Part shown: piece after piece, positions 34,770 to 47,766 of the stretch
How positions within the stretch are numbered: position 1 is the stretch's first letter
How the letters are laid out: the number at the start of each line of letters is the position of its first letter
Assembly: GCA_040285855.1 (NCBI GenBank)
Contig: JAUFOQ010000006.1
Span: forward strand, 744,001 to 808,000
Origin: Eukaryota sp. GEM-RC1
Taxonomy: Eukaryota
Reading direction: 5' to 3'
DNA length: 64,000 nt
Program-made: the position numbers and the translations under genes
The notes under the pieces: model-generated
What the model saw: the letters and a program-made list of their open reading frames with translations, nothing else
Told to the model about the DNA's origin: nothing
The model's database searches: none

Positions 34770-37700
34770 TTAACACTTGATACTACCATTAGAGTTTCCC
34801 TCAATGAGCTCTTTTGTTTCAGAGTCAATCAAGTTATTCTCAATACTGATCTCAATAACGTTTGCATTACACTGTGTAGCTGCATCAATAGCCAATGCAC
34901 CTTTAGCTGTAATAGAATTATGCTCAAAATTGACCTTGGTAAGAAATGAAGAAGAGTACAGCTCAAGTAAATCAAGAATCCTCCATATATTACTATCAGA
35001 AAGCTCACAATAGCTGAAGTCAACAGAAGTCAATGAACCCTTATTTCTAAGAAGATCGTATAGAGTAATGATTGCCTTGTCTGAGAAGTAACACCATTGA
35101 ATATCTAACTCTTTCTTTGAGAAACTTTTGAAATACGATTGTAATAAAGAAATTTCACTGGTAGACATTTGAGTGGAACTTTTAGGAGAAATGCAAAAAA
35201 CCCATTATCAATGGCTATGAAGTGGGGCGAAATATCAATAGCAATCACTGATTTGGAAGCGGCAAGAATATTCGATAAAGCAATTCGTCCCTTAAGTGAA
35301 AGATTTCCCAATAAAGGACACTCAACACGTTTAATTTTAGGATTGTTTAATGATTGAAAAGTATAAACAAATCTGTGTTTCTGACCTCGTTTTCATACAG
35401 AATCAAACCATTTTCAAAAATCAATTGAGTGAGAGAGAAGACCGTTAATGATACGCATGGTTGTTGTTGATTGAGTAGGAAATAATTTATAAATATTCAA
35501 AAGTTCGGAGAGTCCAATGAAATCATTTTCGAGAATGACGTTTGTTAAACAAGAATTAAGTTGAAGTGCATCAATAATTGACCAGAAATCGTTCTTAGAT
35601 AGTAGACAACCACGGAAGTCAATAGAAATCAAAGTAGTATTGACCCTGATTAAATCACACAAATCAGTTATTGCTTCACTGGTAAAACTACATCCCGTAA
35701 GAGTAAGCTTTTTGATATTGAAACACTTCAAAAACACTTTAAAGATGAGACTTGTGCAGCAGAAATTTGAGGAGAATTCGCAGGAGAATAACAAAACACA
35801 CCGTTGGTGATATCAATTAAATGAGGAGAAATGTCAATAATCACCAAGGATTTGTTAATGGAAAGAATTTCAAATAGAAGGAGAAGATCTTCTAGACTTT
35901 CATTTTCCAATCCACGACACTCAACGCGCTTAATAGAGACATCTGACTTTAAAGTTTCCAAAAGTGAAATTAAATCAGAATGTTGAACAAAACTATCATA
36001 TAGAATTGAACCCACTTCGATATCAATTAAATGAGGAGAAATGTCAATAATCACCAAGGATTTGTTGATGGAAAGAATTTCAAATAGAACAAAAAGATCT
36101 TCTAGACTTTCATTTTTCAATCCACGACACTCAACGCGTTTAATAGAGACATCTGATTTTAAAGTTTCCAAAAGTAAAATTAAATCAGAGTAATCAACCT
36201 GATGATCACAATGAAGAGAACGATCATCAAAATTAATTAAATTACGAGAAATTTGAATACTTCGCATTGTTTTTGTTGATTGAGTAGAATTTTTGTAAAA
36301 ACATCCAATAGTTCAGAAAATCCAATGAAATCGTTTTCGAGAATGACGTTTGACAAACAAAAATTAAGTTGAAGCGCATCAATAATTGACCAAAAATCGT
36401 TCTCAGATAATAGACAACCACGAAAGTCAATAGAAGTCAAAGTATTATTGACCCTGATTAAATCACACAAACCAGGTATTGCTTTTGAAGAAAAACAGCT
36501 TCCCCTAAGAGTAAGCTGTTTGATATTGAAACACTCCAAAAAACACTTTAAAGATGAGACTTGTGTAGCTGCAATTTGAGGAGAATTCGCAGGAGAATAA
36601 CAAAACACACCGTTGGTGATATCAATTAAATGAGGAGAAATGTCAATAATCACCAAGGATTTGTTGATGGAAAGAATTTCAAATAGAAGGAGAAGATCTT
36701 CTAGACTTTCATTTTCCAATCCACGACACTCAACGCGCTTAATAGAGACATCTGACTTTAAAGTTTCCAAAAGTGAAATTAAATCAGAATGTTGAACAAA
36801 ACTATCATATAGAATAGAACCCACTTCGATATCAATTAAATGAGGAGAAATGTCAATAATCACCAAGGATTTGTTGATGGAAAGAATTTCAAACAGAAGG
36901 AGAAGATCTTCTAGTCTTTCATTTTTCAATCCACGACACTCAACGCGTTTAATAGAGACATCTGATTTTAAAGTTTCCAAAAGTAAAATTAAATCAGAGT
37001 AATCAACCTGATGATCACAATGAAGAGAACGATCATCAATATTAATTAAATTGCGAGAAATTTGAATATTTCGCATTGTTTTTGATGATTGAGTAGGAAA
37101 TAATTTATAAACATTCAAAAGATCAGAAAGTCCAATGAAATCGTTTTCGAGAATGACGTTTGTTAAACAACAATTAAGTTGAAGTGCATCAATAATTGAC
37201 CAAAAATCGTTCTTAGATAGTAGACAACCACGAAAGTCAATAGAAGTCAAAGTATTATTGACCCTGATTAAATCACACAAATCAGTGATTGCTTTCAAAG
37301 AGAAACGACATCCTTTAAGAGTAAGCTGTTTGATGTTGAAAGCCTCCAAAAACACTTTAAAGATGAGACTTGTGCAGCAGAAATTTGAGGAGAATTCGTG
37401 GGAGAATAACAAAACACACCGTTGGTGATATCAATTAAATGAGGAGAAATGTCAATAATCACCAAGGATTTGTTGATGGAAAGAATTTCAAACAGAAGGA
37501 GAAGATCTTCTAGTCTTTCATTTTTCAATCCACGACACTCAACGCGTTTAATAGAGACATCTGATTTTAAAGTTTCCAAAAGTGAAATTAAATCAGAATG
37601 TTGAACAAAACTATCATATAGAATAGAACCCACTTCGAGATCAATTAAATGAGGAGAAATGTCAATAATCACCAAGGATTTGTTGATGGAAAGAATTTCA

Positions 37701-40700
37701 AACAGAAGGAGAAGATCTTCTAGTCTTTCATTTTTCAATCCACGACACTCAACGCGTTTAATAGAGACATCTGATTTTAAAGTTTCCAAAAGTAAAATTA
37801 AATCAGAGTAATCAACCTGATGATCACAATGAAGAGAACGATCATCAATATTAATTAAATTGCGAGAAATTTGAATATTTCGCATTGTTTTTGATGATTG
37901 AGTAGGAAATAATTTATAAACATTCATAAGATCAGAAAGTCCAATGAAATCGTTTTCGAGAATGACGTTTGTTAAACAACAATTAAGTTGAAGTGCATCA
38001 ATAATTGACCAAAAATCGTTCTTAGATAGTAGACAACCACGAAAGTCAATAGAAGTCAAAGTATTATTGACCCTGATTAAATCACACAAATCAGTGATTG
38101 CTTTCAAAGAGAAACGACATCCTTTAAGAGTAAGCTGTTTGATGTTGAAAGCCTCCAAAAACACTTTAAAGATGAGACTTGTGTAGCTGCAATTTGAGGA
38201 GAATTCGCAGGAGAATAACAATACACACCGTTGGTGATATCAATTAAATGAGGAGAAATGTCAATAATCACCAAGGATTTGTTAATGGAAAGAATTTCAA
38301 ATAGAACAAAAAGATCTTCTAGACTTTCATTTTCCAATCCCCGACACTCAACGCGCTTAATAGATACATCTGACTTTAAAGTTTCCAAAAGTGAAATTAA
38401 ATCAGAATGTTGAACAAAACTATCATATAGAATTGAACCCACTTCGATATCAATTAAATGAGGAGAAATGTCAATAATCACCAAGGATTTGTTGATGGAA
38501 AGAATTTCAAATAGAACAAAAAGATCTTCTAGACTTTCATTTTTCAATCCACGACACTCAACGCGTTTAATAGAGACATCTGATTTTAAAGTTTCCAAAA
38601 GTAAAATTAAATCAGAGTAATCAACCTGATGATCACAATGAAGAGAACGATCATCAAAATTAATTAAATTACAAGAAATTTGAATACTTCGCATTGTTTT
38701 TGTTGATTGAGTAGAATTTTTGTAAAAACATCCAATAGTTCAGAAAATCCAATGAAATCGTTTTCGAGAATGACGTTTGACAAACAAAAATTAAGTTGAA
38801 GCGCATCAATAATTGACCAAAAATCGTTCTCAGATACTAGACAACCACGAAAGTCAATAGAAGTCAAAGTATTATTGACCCTGATTAAATCACACAAACC
38901 AGGTATTGCTTTTGAAGAAAAACAGCTTCCCCTAAGAGTAAGCTGTTTGATATTGAAACACTCCAAAAAACACTTTAAAGATGAGACTTGTGTAGCTGCA
39001 ATTTGAGGAGAATTCGCAGGAGAATAACAAAACACACCGTTGGTGATATCAATTAAATGAGGAGAAATGTCAATAATCACCAAGGATTTGTTGATGGAAA
39101 GAATTTCAAATAGAACAAAAAGATCTTCTAGTCTTTCATTTTCCAATCCACGACACTCAACGCGCTTAATAGAGACATCTGACTTTAAAGTTTCCAAAAG
39201 TGAAATTAAATCAGAATGTTGAACAAAACTATCATATAGAATTGAACCCACTTCGATATCAATTAAATGAGGAGAAATGTCAATAATCACCAAGGATTTG
39301 TTGATGGAAAGAATTTCAAATAGAACAAAAAGATCTTCTAGACTTTCATTTTTCAATCCACGACACTCAACGCGTTTAATAGAGACATCTGATTTTAAAG
39401 TTTCCAAAAGTAAAATTAAATCAGAGTAATCAACCTGATGATCACAATGAAGAGAACGATCATCAAAATTAATTAAATTACGAGAAATTTGAATACTTCG
39501 CATTGTTTTTGTTGATTGAGTAGAATTTTTTGTAAAAATATCCAATAGTTCAGAAAATCCAATGAAATCGTTTTCGAGAATGACGTTTGACAAACAAAAA
39601 TTAAGTTGAAGCGCATCAATAATTGACCAAAAATCGTTCTCAGATAATAGACAACCACGAAAGTCAATAGAAGTCAAAGTATTATTGACCCTGATTAAAT
39701 CACACAAACCAGGTATTGCTTTTGAAGAAAAACAGCTTCCCCTAAGAGTAAGCTGTTTGATATTGAAACACTCCAAAAAACACTTTAAAGATGAGACTTG
39801 TGTAGCTGCAATTTGAGGAGAATTCGCAGGAGAATAACAAAACACACCGTTGGTGATATCAATTAAATGAGGAGAAATGTCAATAATCACCAAGGATTTG
39901 TTGATGGAAAGAATTTCAAATAGAACAAAAAGATCTTCTAGACTTTCATTTTTCAATCCCCGACACTCAACGCGCTTAATAGAGACATCTGACTTTAAAG
40001 TTTCCAAAAGTGAAATTAAATCAGAGTAATCAACCTGATGATCACAACAAAGAGAACCATCATCAAAATTAATTGAACTATGAGAAATTTTAATACTTGG
40101 TAATGTTCTTGTTGATTGAGTATGAAATAATGTATAAATATTCAAAAGTTCGGAGAGTCCAATGAAATCGTTTTCGAGAATGACGTTTGTTAAACAACAA
40201 TTAAGTTGAAGTGCATCAATAATTGACCAAAAATCGTTCTTAGATAGTAGACAACCACGAAAGTCAATAGAAGTCAAAGTGGTATTGACCCTGATTAAAT
40301 CACACAAATCAGTGATTGCTTTCAAAGAGAAACGACATCCTTTAAGAGTAAGCTTTTTGATGTTGAAACACTCCAAAAAAGATGATACTTGTTCATCAGT
40401 AATGCAAGGAGAATTCGTGGGGGAAAAGCAAAACACACCGTTGGTGATATCAATTAAATGAGAAAAAAACCCATTAATAATCCGTACAGTTTGTTTCGAC
40501 TGAGTTGTAATTAATTTATAAATATCCAAAAGCTCAGAAAATCCAATGAAATCGTTTTCGAGAATGACGTTTGTTAAACAACAATTAAGTTGAAGTGCAT
40601 CAATAATTGACCAAAAATCGTTCTTAGATAGTAGACAACCACGAAAGTCAATAGAAGTCAAAGTATTATTGACCCTGATTAAATCACACAAATCAGTGAT

Positions 40701-42272
40701 TGCTTTCAAAGAGAAACGACATCCTTTAAGAGTAAGTGTTTTGATGTTGAAAGCCTCCAAAAAACACTTTAAAGATGATACTTGTTCATCAGTAATGCGA
40801 GGAGAATTCGTGGGGAAAAAAGAAAAAACACCGCTGTCTAAATCAATTAAATGAGGAGAAAATTCTAAGCACCAGCTCAAAGTATTTTCTTTAAATTTCA
40901 TGATTTTAAAAAGTTTCATCAAAACATTCAAATCCGAATCCAAGCATCGAGCAAAGACTTTCTTTAGTCCAGAATTACATAGAATTCCGTCAAGAAGGTT
41001 TCTGAACTCAAAAGAATTTAAATTCATATCAAGATTTAAAACAATCAAATTACTATTGTGTCGTAACATTGATTCAATTGATTGGACCTCGTTACCTCTA
41101 GGAATTCCGGGTAGATCATGAAATATCAACTCTAATAATGAAGTATTGGACTCAAGTGATTTAAAAATTGATGGAGATGAACCATTGGTGATAGACATCT
41201 CCAGTTTCTTTATGGTAGTATTGGAATTTAAAACATTGACAATCCCATAACTAAATTCATTCTCGTGGAAAGAAACTTCTTGAATAGAAGAATTATTCTT
41301 AAGAGCGTCAAAATTTGTAAAATCAAGACTAAATCCACGGGGAAACACTATAGTTTTAAGAGTAGATGAACATAAAAGAGGAAGAAGCACTAAAGTTTGA
41401 ATGTCACTCATGTTAAACAAGTTAAGAACATTAATTTCGGTATTATTAGTCAGACAATTGAAGAAAGAAATTGTAGGAATAAATGACGAATTGAGATTAG
41501 ATAGAGAAACGTTTTTCAGGGTGCTATTCGTCAGAAACACGGCTTCAAGGTCGGAGCTGGTAACTGACTCTGGTAGACAAAGATCTAGCTCTATAATACT
41601 AGAATTACCCTCAAGAAACTTACAAAATAACGAAAACTCAAGATCGGAAGAACTGATAAGATGAAGTCGTCTAAGATTTGGTAAGAAAAGAGATGACGAT
41701 GGATTGATGACGTTTACAGTGGTTCTGTTACAATCAAATTGTCCCAGTCGAGTAATCAAATGTCTGTAATATTGAATATGTTGAGTTTCAAAGTAGTCAT
41801 CATAGATCCAATACACAGATCGAACTCCAGTTTTAAAGAAAGAAGCAAGAGATGTCAGTGGTAAGAAGTCCCTAGAAACTAGTGGAAACGTGCTCGATTC
41901 AAAGAAATGTTGGGTTCCAAGTACAGCACTGGTAAAGAACCGTTCACCCAAGGAGTAGGCTTTGGTGAAGAATGTGAGAAGCGTTTCTTGAAAGGAACGG
42001 AGACGATGGGGATACTCTAGATCTACTACAAGAGAAGATTTCAAGAGACTTCTGATCCAATGAGAATCGATGAGTACCCACAGAGACTGAGGGAAAAAGA
42101 TGAAGGAACTAGAAGGAGGAGGTTCATCATTGCAGGATAGAGAATCGGACAAGGAAGACAGAATCAGTTGAGGTGAATGAGAGCAGATTGTTGAGAGAGA
42201 ATCTTCCTGACAGGACTCAATACTACTGAGTAGGAAGGAACGATTCTTCTTTAATGATGGTTGCATACACAT
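34770..42272 (-). CDS. Very large RNI-like leucine-rich repeat protein, internally amplified, multiple frameshifts
   Basis: Repeats like LCDLIRVNNTLTSIDFRGCLLS...IIDALQLN.CLTNVILEND and C-terminal LTKVNFEHNSITAKGALAI. Contiguous same-strand ORFs join at homopolymer runs. Start could be 42308, 42272 or 42266. Confidence 0.8.
35450..40850. repeat. About 810-bp tandem intragenic duplication (about 6 units)
   Basis: Marker acacaccgttggtgatatc recurs near 35795, 36605, 37414, 38223, 39032 and 39842. Confidence 0.88.
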
Positions 42273-42321
42273 AGAAATTGTACAGTCAATTTCTAGTTCA
42301 ACCATCATTTTACACTTTTTT

Positions 42322-43999
42322 CATACTTGGAAAATACAAATACATGTATTTTTTTGTATTTTGTATTTTTTTGTATTTGTATTTGTATTTTTTTTCACCG
42401 TGTATCTGTATTTTCTGTATTTCTACTAAAGTCTAAAAATGAAACTGGATCTTTGGCCCTTTAGAGCATATACCACTTACAAAAGAGTCAGTTCTTGATC
42501 CATCGATTGCTACGTGAATCAAGATAATCCAGTTCAAACCCTACTGTGTGGAAGTAAAACATTTTTGAATTTCGGTAAGTACATTTCCACAATGAGTTCT
42601 ACATCTTCCTCTCACTATCAGGAATCTCCAAAACTAAAACCTCCTGTGAACCTTCATACCACCATTCTTAACAGCAACAAGGTAATATGGAGAATGGTCA
42701 AAATCACCAATATGACTAATTCTATAAATATGGATGTCTGGTGTTGAGGTTGTGGCGTGGTTTTTTACAAGCAGAATAGTTCTTAAAACTGACACAAGAG
42801 AGAGTCACAATCATGCTGATAAGTGGGCAGAAAAGTTATGTCAAGTTGATGATATACTGATTGAAAACGAAGTAAAAATGTCAAACGATGACCAGAGATG
42901 GACAGTATGATGTATACGAGATGAATTGAAGTTGTCAAAAACCTGAACAGTAACATGTAACAGTTTCCTCAGAAGAAGAGGCGAGCTTAATTGATGAAAT
43001 TGATGAACTCTATGATATTACATTGATTCATGATTGTATTGGCCCTTCAACTGGCAAACCAAGAAGATCTAAAATAACCACCTCTCAAAAGAAATCTAGA
43101 AAATCGAATTAACTTTAAGAATATAACTAGAATATTTATTGTATTATATACTTATCTTACTAGTAGTGTTTTATAGACTTTAAACTAGAATTCGGTTTTG
43201 CAGAGACAACTAGGTGTACAAAATGAACCAGTACCCAAAGCTTTAAATTTAAATCAAGAAGTTCTTAGGGTTAGAGAACACCAAAAATACAAAAAAAATA
43301 CCAATACAATAATGCAGTTACATTGTATCAGGCTTCACTAAAGTAGTAAAGTGATAAAGTGACTTTACTTTACTTTACTTTACTTTACTTTAAAATTCCG
43401 GAACGGTAAAGTGACAAACCCTCAATCTTGTTTATTTTGCTTTCTGAGCACAGTAAATAACTCTTTGACACCAAAAGTACACTATTATACATGTTTTATT
43501 GTAGAAACTCACCAAAAACTGGAATGTAAATATGGAAAGCGGGCAATGGGTGAGCGCTTAAGAATATATCATTTTCACTATGGATCAACTTGGACCACAT
43601 CTTCATATGGGTTCACTTCTTCAACTTGGACCACATCTTCTTCATTCTCTTCTAGATCTTCATCAGACACTTCTTGGTCATCATCCTCAAATACAAAGAC
43701 CACTTCCTCTGCTGGTTGCCAGTCGAAAAACTGATTTGAAGGAGCTGTTCGGAAGGAAGGAGTGTCATGGAAATCTATTTTCAATTTTCAGGAGAGAATG
43801 TATGGGAGAGGAATTGAGATTGGATCCAACTTTAATGTCCTTAAAGTAACTTTATTTGTCAAAGTAAAGTAAAGCTTAAAGTAAAGTAAAGTACTTTACT
43901 TTACTTTAATTTTGAATTTTGGACTACTTTAGTGAAGCCTGCATTGTATTGTATTTTTGTATTTGTATTATTTTTTGGCTTGTGTATTTTCCAAGTATG
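42322..43999. mobile_element. Non-autonomous hAT-type element, host of a nested insertion
   Basis: Perfect 17-bp TIR CATACTTGGAAAATACA; flanks CTTTTTT on both sides (T-run length differs); dense subterminal TGTATT repeats. Confidence 0.85.
43329..43941. mobile_element. 613-bp hAT-type element nested in the 42322-43999 element
   Basis: Perfect 19-bp TIR CAGGCTTCACTAAAGTAGT; perfect 8-bp TSD CATTGTAT (43321-43328, 43942-43949); subterminal AAAGT/ACTTT arrays. Confidence 0.93.
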
Positions 44000-44009
44000 C
44001 TTTTTTTTG

Positions 44010-44704
44010 CATGTCTTTTATGTCAACTGATATCAATAAACTTCTTTGCCTTTCTTCTGCTACTGAACTGGAGACTATTCCAGATGCAATATCGTTTCCC
44101 ATCAACGTGCTAATGTGTCTATCCAAACGACCGGGTAGCACATTGAAGTTGAGGATTGTCAACGTCTTTTGTGAGGTTGAACCCTCATTAGAAGATCTTA
44201 CAGGCTTACTTAAAGAACTGATTTATATTGCTTCGAAAGACAGAATAAGATCTACTTTGGCTCTTTTTTTGTGTCAAGGAGGTCCACAATCTCTCGAAGA
44301 TATAGAAGCGGATCAGATTCGAGAATGTCGATGATATACTTGATGTCTTCATCAGAGAGTTTGCCTCTGGAGTTATCATCTGATGACTGAGGACATGAAG
44401 CGGCATCAAGAGCTTTACTGATCCATTTTGAGATAGTGCTTTGAGACACACAGTAATGAAGAGCCATTTGTGCTTGAGATATGTCTAGGAAGAAGTACGT
44501 CCAGACAGCTCTACAGATTGTGTCTTCCGATGCATTAGTACACATCGTGCGGAAGTCGATGTCAGGATTCAGAAGCATGTTGTAAGTGAATCCCATAATA
44601 GTTGTTTATAAGTAGTAATAAGTAGTTGTTTATAGAAATGTTGTAAAAGAGAAACGTTGTAAAATGGAATTGGGAGTGGTATTCCACACCAATGAAATTC
44701 ACTG
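44010..44704 (-). mobile_element. Degenerate IS630/Tc1/mariner element, 5' part
   Basis: TA-CAGTG end at 44706-44700; ORF 44252..44596 has HTH SQAQMALHYCVSQSTISKWI and KLSDEDIKYIIDILESDPLLYLREI, typical of IS630/Tc1 N-termini. Confidence 0.7.
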
Positions 44705-45171
44705 TACAACATAGGTAATTTTAACATTTGTATTGAAAGTGTCGTATGTGTATTGAATTGTTGATATTGATATATTTTTCATCTATATGTAATGTCGTTA
44801 AACACAACCAATAAAATAGACAATCTCAATTTAAACAAACTTAACTAACAATACTATATCCCCCATCACTCTCGCAAACATCACAGCCAACGAATACGAC
44901 TCCTTAAATCCAATCCCACAACAATACTCACACATCACTTCACGAAATTCATCTCCCAAACATTGTTCATCACAAACCAATTCATCATTTAAATCTAGTA
45001 TCGACACAACAAAAGTATTGGTCAATGACAATATGTTAAAGTAATTGTCCCTATCATTCAAATGAAAACTCAAAATTTTGGCCATCATTAAATTTAAATC
45101 TTTTAACAACTGAAGTTTCAATTTCATGTTTGAAAGACTGTTTGATCATCAAACTTTGATGTTGTATCATT

Positions 45172-45687
45172 TTGGTTCCAATGCAGTGGTACAATATCGT
45201 GGACAACTGTGAAAACCATTGTTTCTGGTCTACATGGCAATTCTATGAGCATTGTTCAAGTTGTATAGGAATCAATGGAGATTATATCTTAATCACTCGA
45301 AATGATGATAGTATATCTCATATTACAGTATCCACCAACAATACAACATGGTTTAAAAATGTTGTTGGTGATAATATTAAGGAAAACATTCAATTCTTTA
45401 TTAACAAAGAAACTCATATTCTTGAAGAAAAGAATGGTACCACTAATTCCTTGTCATCTCAAAATTTATATAATGTTTTGATTCAAGATCGATCTGACTC
45501 ATCAATAGTCGTGTCTGATCTTCTGCAAGGAAGTTCGAAAAGAAAAAGTTGTCAAAAGAGGATATCTACAAGTAGAGTCTCATTCACAGAGTTGTTACTA
45601 ACTGTTTCTCCTACTGTACCATGTCTTCCTCGCTGCCGACACCGACAATATCCGTACGCATCCTCATCAGAAAAGGTAATGCAATAA
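45172..45687 (+). CDS. Hypothetical ORF upstream of the 2A-containing frame (possibly the same degraded polyprotein)
   Basis: 171-codon open frame without a clear ATG context; no family recognised. Confidence 0.35.
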   Translation: MVPMQWYNIVDNCENHCFWSTWQFYEHCSSCIGINGDYILITRNDDSISHITVSTNNTTWFKNVVGDNIKENIQFFINKETHILEEKNGTTNSLSSQNLYNVLIQDRSDSSIVVSDLLQGSSKRKSCQKRISTSRVSFTELLLTVSPTVPCLPRCRHRQYPYASSSEKVMQ

Positions 45688-45691
45688 GGAG

Positions 45692-46351
45692 TTGTTGTCT
45701 TCTAAGTGCTCGCTGCCCACACCAACAATCTCCGTAAAAACTGGTAGCCACTGGTTCAGAGATCTTACAATCGACGGGGACGTCGAATCAAACCCAGGGC
45801 CTCAAGCTGAATTCAGCAATCTTGAAAAACTCTATCATTTCAGTTGCGCTGAAATACCTCATAAATGTGACCTTCATCCTGTTAAACATGTCTGTGGGTA
45901 CATGATATGCAGTTGCCTAGAACATCATCGATTATACACTGGAAAAATTGATCAACCTCCACTTGACTCAGTATCGCAAGTCCCTCCTTGTCCATTACCC
46001 ATTCAATCTTACTTGTTTGAGTTGGAATCACACGTCCAAAACAAAACTCATGAAATTCAGCGAGCGGACACAATTGATTTTGTTTCTTCTAAAGAGTCAA
46101 ACTATATCCCACTATATCCTGACGATATGTTTTCGAAATTTCTTCAGTACCACAAACAGTGCTTGCAAGATATAGGCAATCGTGAATTACCTGTGTTACC
46201 TCTCATCAGTTCATCTCTGAGCGAACAAGAATATCAAACCTATCGAATATGTAATAGGTGTATGCTTCCTGCTCATGAATTGTCGTGCAAAAGTTCTGGG
46301 AAACAAGATTTAGCTAAACCCCCTTGTTGTCTTGCAGTACACTCACAGTAA
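45692..46351 (+). CDS. ORF containing a 2A/StopGo peptide followed by a Cys/His-rich protein of unknown family
   Basis: WFRDLTIDGDVESNPGP at 45752-45802 matches the consensus GD(V/I)ExNPGP exactly; 184 codons from the Pro to the stop. No in-frame ATG before the motif. Confidence 0.7.
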   Translation: MLSSKCSLPTPTISVKTGSHWFRDLTIDGDVESNPGPQAEFSNLEKLYHFSCAEIPHKCDLHPVKHVCGYMICSCLEHHRLYTGKIDQPPLDSVSQVPPCPLPIQSYLFELESHVQNKTHEIQRADTIDFVSSKESNYIPLYPDDMFSKFLQYHKQCLQDIGNRELPVLPLISSSLSEQEYQTYRICNRCMLPAHELSCKSSGKQDLAKPPCCLAVHSQ

Positions 46352-46619
46352 CTCCGCCGAAGCTTCCGCGCTTCCAAAAGCTAGAGCCCCCGCATAGCTC
46401 CATTGACTCTAGAATTTTCTGAAAACGATAAATTAGATCAGTTGGCGATGTTTACCTCTCGAGTAATATCTGTAACTGTATATTTGCAATTTCTTAGTAC
46501 GTTTTGTTCGTACATAGGATCTTACAGTTGCTACAACCTTCAAAATGTGAATTTAATGAACAATAAATATAGAATAATGAATAAATGTCAGAATATTTCA
46601 TTTTAGAGACTGATTTTCA

Positions 46620-47470
46620 AAAATTAAGAACTGTAGACGATTGCATTCAATGACGAAAATTACTTTCATCATTAGGAGATACCAAATTTTAACAAATGTA
46701 CAAGGAGAGTCGAAAAACTTCTTATACAACTCTAACCAACATTCGTGGTCTCTCAAACCAATTAAAAAAGGTTAAGTTGGAGAACATCGGACATCAACAC
46801 TTTGTTGATTGTTTGTTTGAAGGTCAAGAATTGGGTCACCTAACCAGCAATCAGAATTGATTGCACAATCACTCAACGTATGGCTCACGAAGGTCAGAGA
46901 GGTGTCAGTGAGTGAAATGCTGGAGACAATAAGACCTCAAATAAAGACCAGTTGTTAATGGGAGTTGGTTGCTGAACGAAGCAGAAAATCTAAGGACACT
47001 GAAAATCAATCTTCAAATAGTGATGACGTCATCAATGGATATGTCAGAGTAACAGAGAAGATCAAGAACAACCCAAGCATGGAATATGAAACGCGTGATG
47101 AATTCGGTAATGTTCCTTGGATTGTTGATTTGGAAGCACAGAACAATTCGTGTAGAAGATGGCAGAACAACGGCTTTCCGTGTATTCACATATTTGATGA
47201 ATACTGGAAAAGAGTTTATCAATTGCTAGCATCAGTAAATACTACAATTTTGAGTACTATGTTATAACACACAAGCCAGGCACTCCAATCATCTCATGCA
47301 GAGAAGCTTGAGAGCAACAAAGTGATGAGATCAAAGCATTGCCCCCGAGAGTACCTAGAAAGAACAGATGCGGAAAGAAGGACAGAGGTGGCTCCTGCGG
47401 CGAGGGAGCTGAGAGGCGATGTTGTCTGGAGCAAAGAAAGTACACGAGCATTGGTTGAGTCTATAAGATA
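46620..47470 (+). mobile_element. Degenerate Mutator/MULE transposase fragment
   Basis: SWIM-like VDLEAQNNSCRRWQNNGFPCIH, upstream HLTSN...QSLN and downstream LPPRVPRK basic segment; stops and frameshifts. Confidence 0.68.
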
Positions 47471-47766
47471 TACAGAGAGGAAGATGGAAGAGAGGAGATG
47501 GAAGAGAGGAGATGGAAGAGAGGAGATGGAAGAGAACTTCGATCTATCATATGCTCATGGTAACGAAGGAAATTGACTGGTGCATCAGCGAAGCTGTTTG
47601 ATTTTGATGGTATTGATTCAAGTGACGACGGCCATCTTTCGAAGAAGATAGACATGTAGCACAATGATGATGAAATGAGCTACATATCTACCACAATATA
47701 GTCTTGGTCAGGTGTGTGGGTAGCAGCTGTGTAACAAAGAATTGCATAGATTTCTTGTAATTGTAC

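Noticed and set aside
47482..47535. 14-bp purine tandem repeat (GATGGAAGAGAGGA)
   Set aside because: Simple slippage repeat beside the decayed Mutator fragment.
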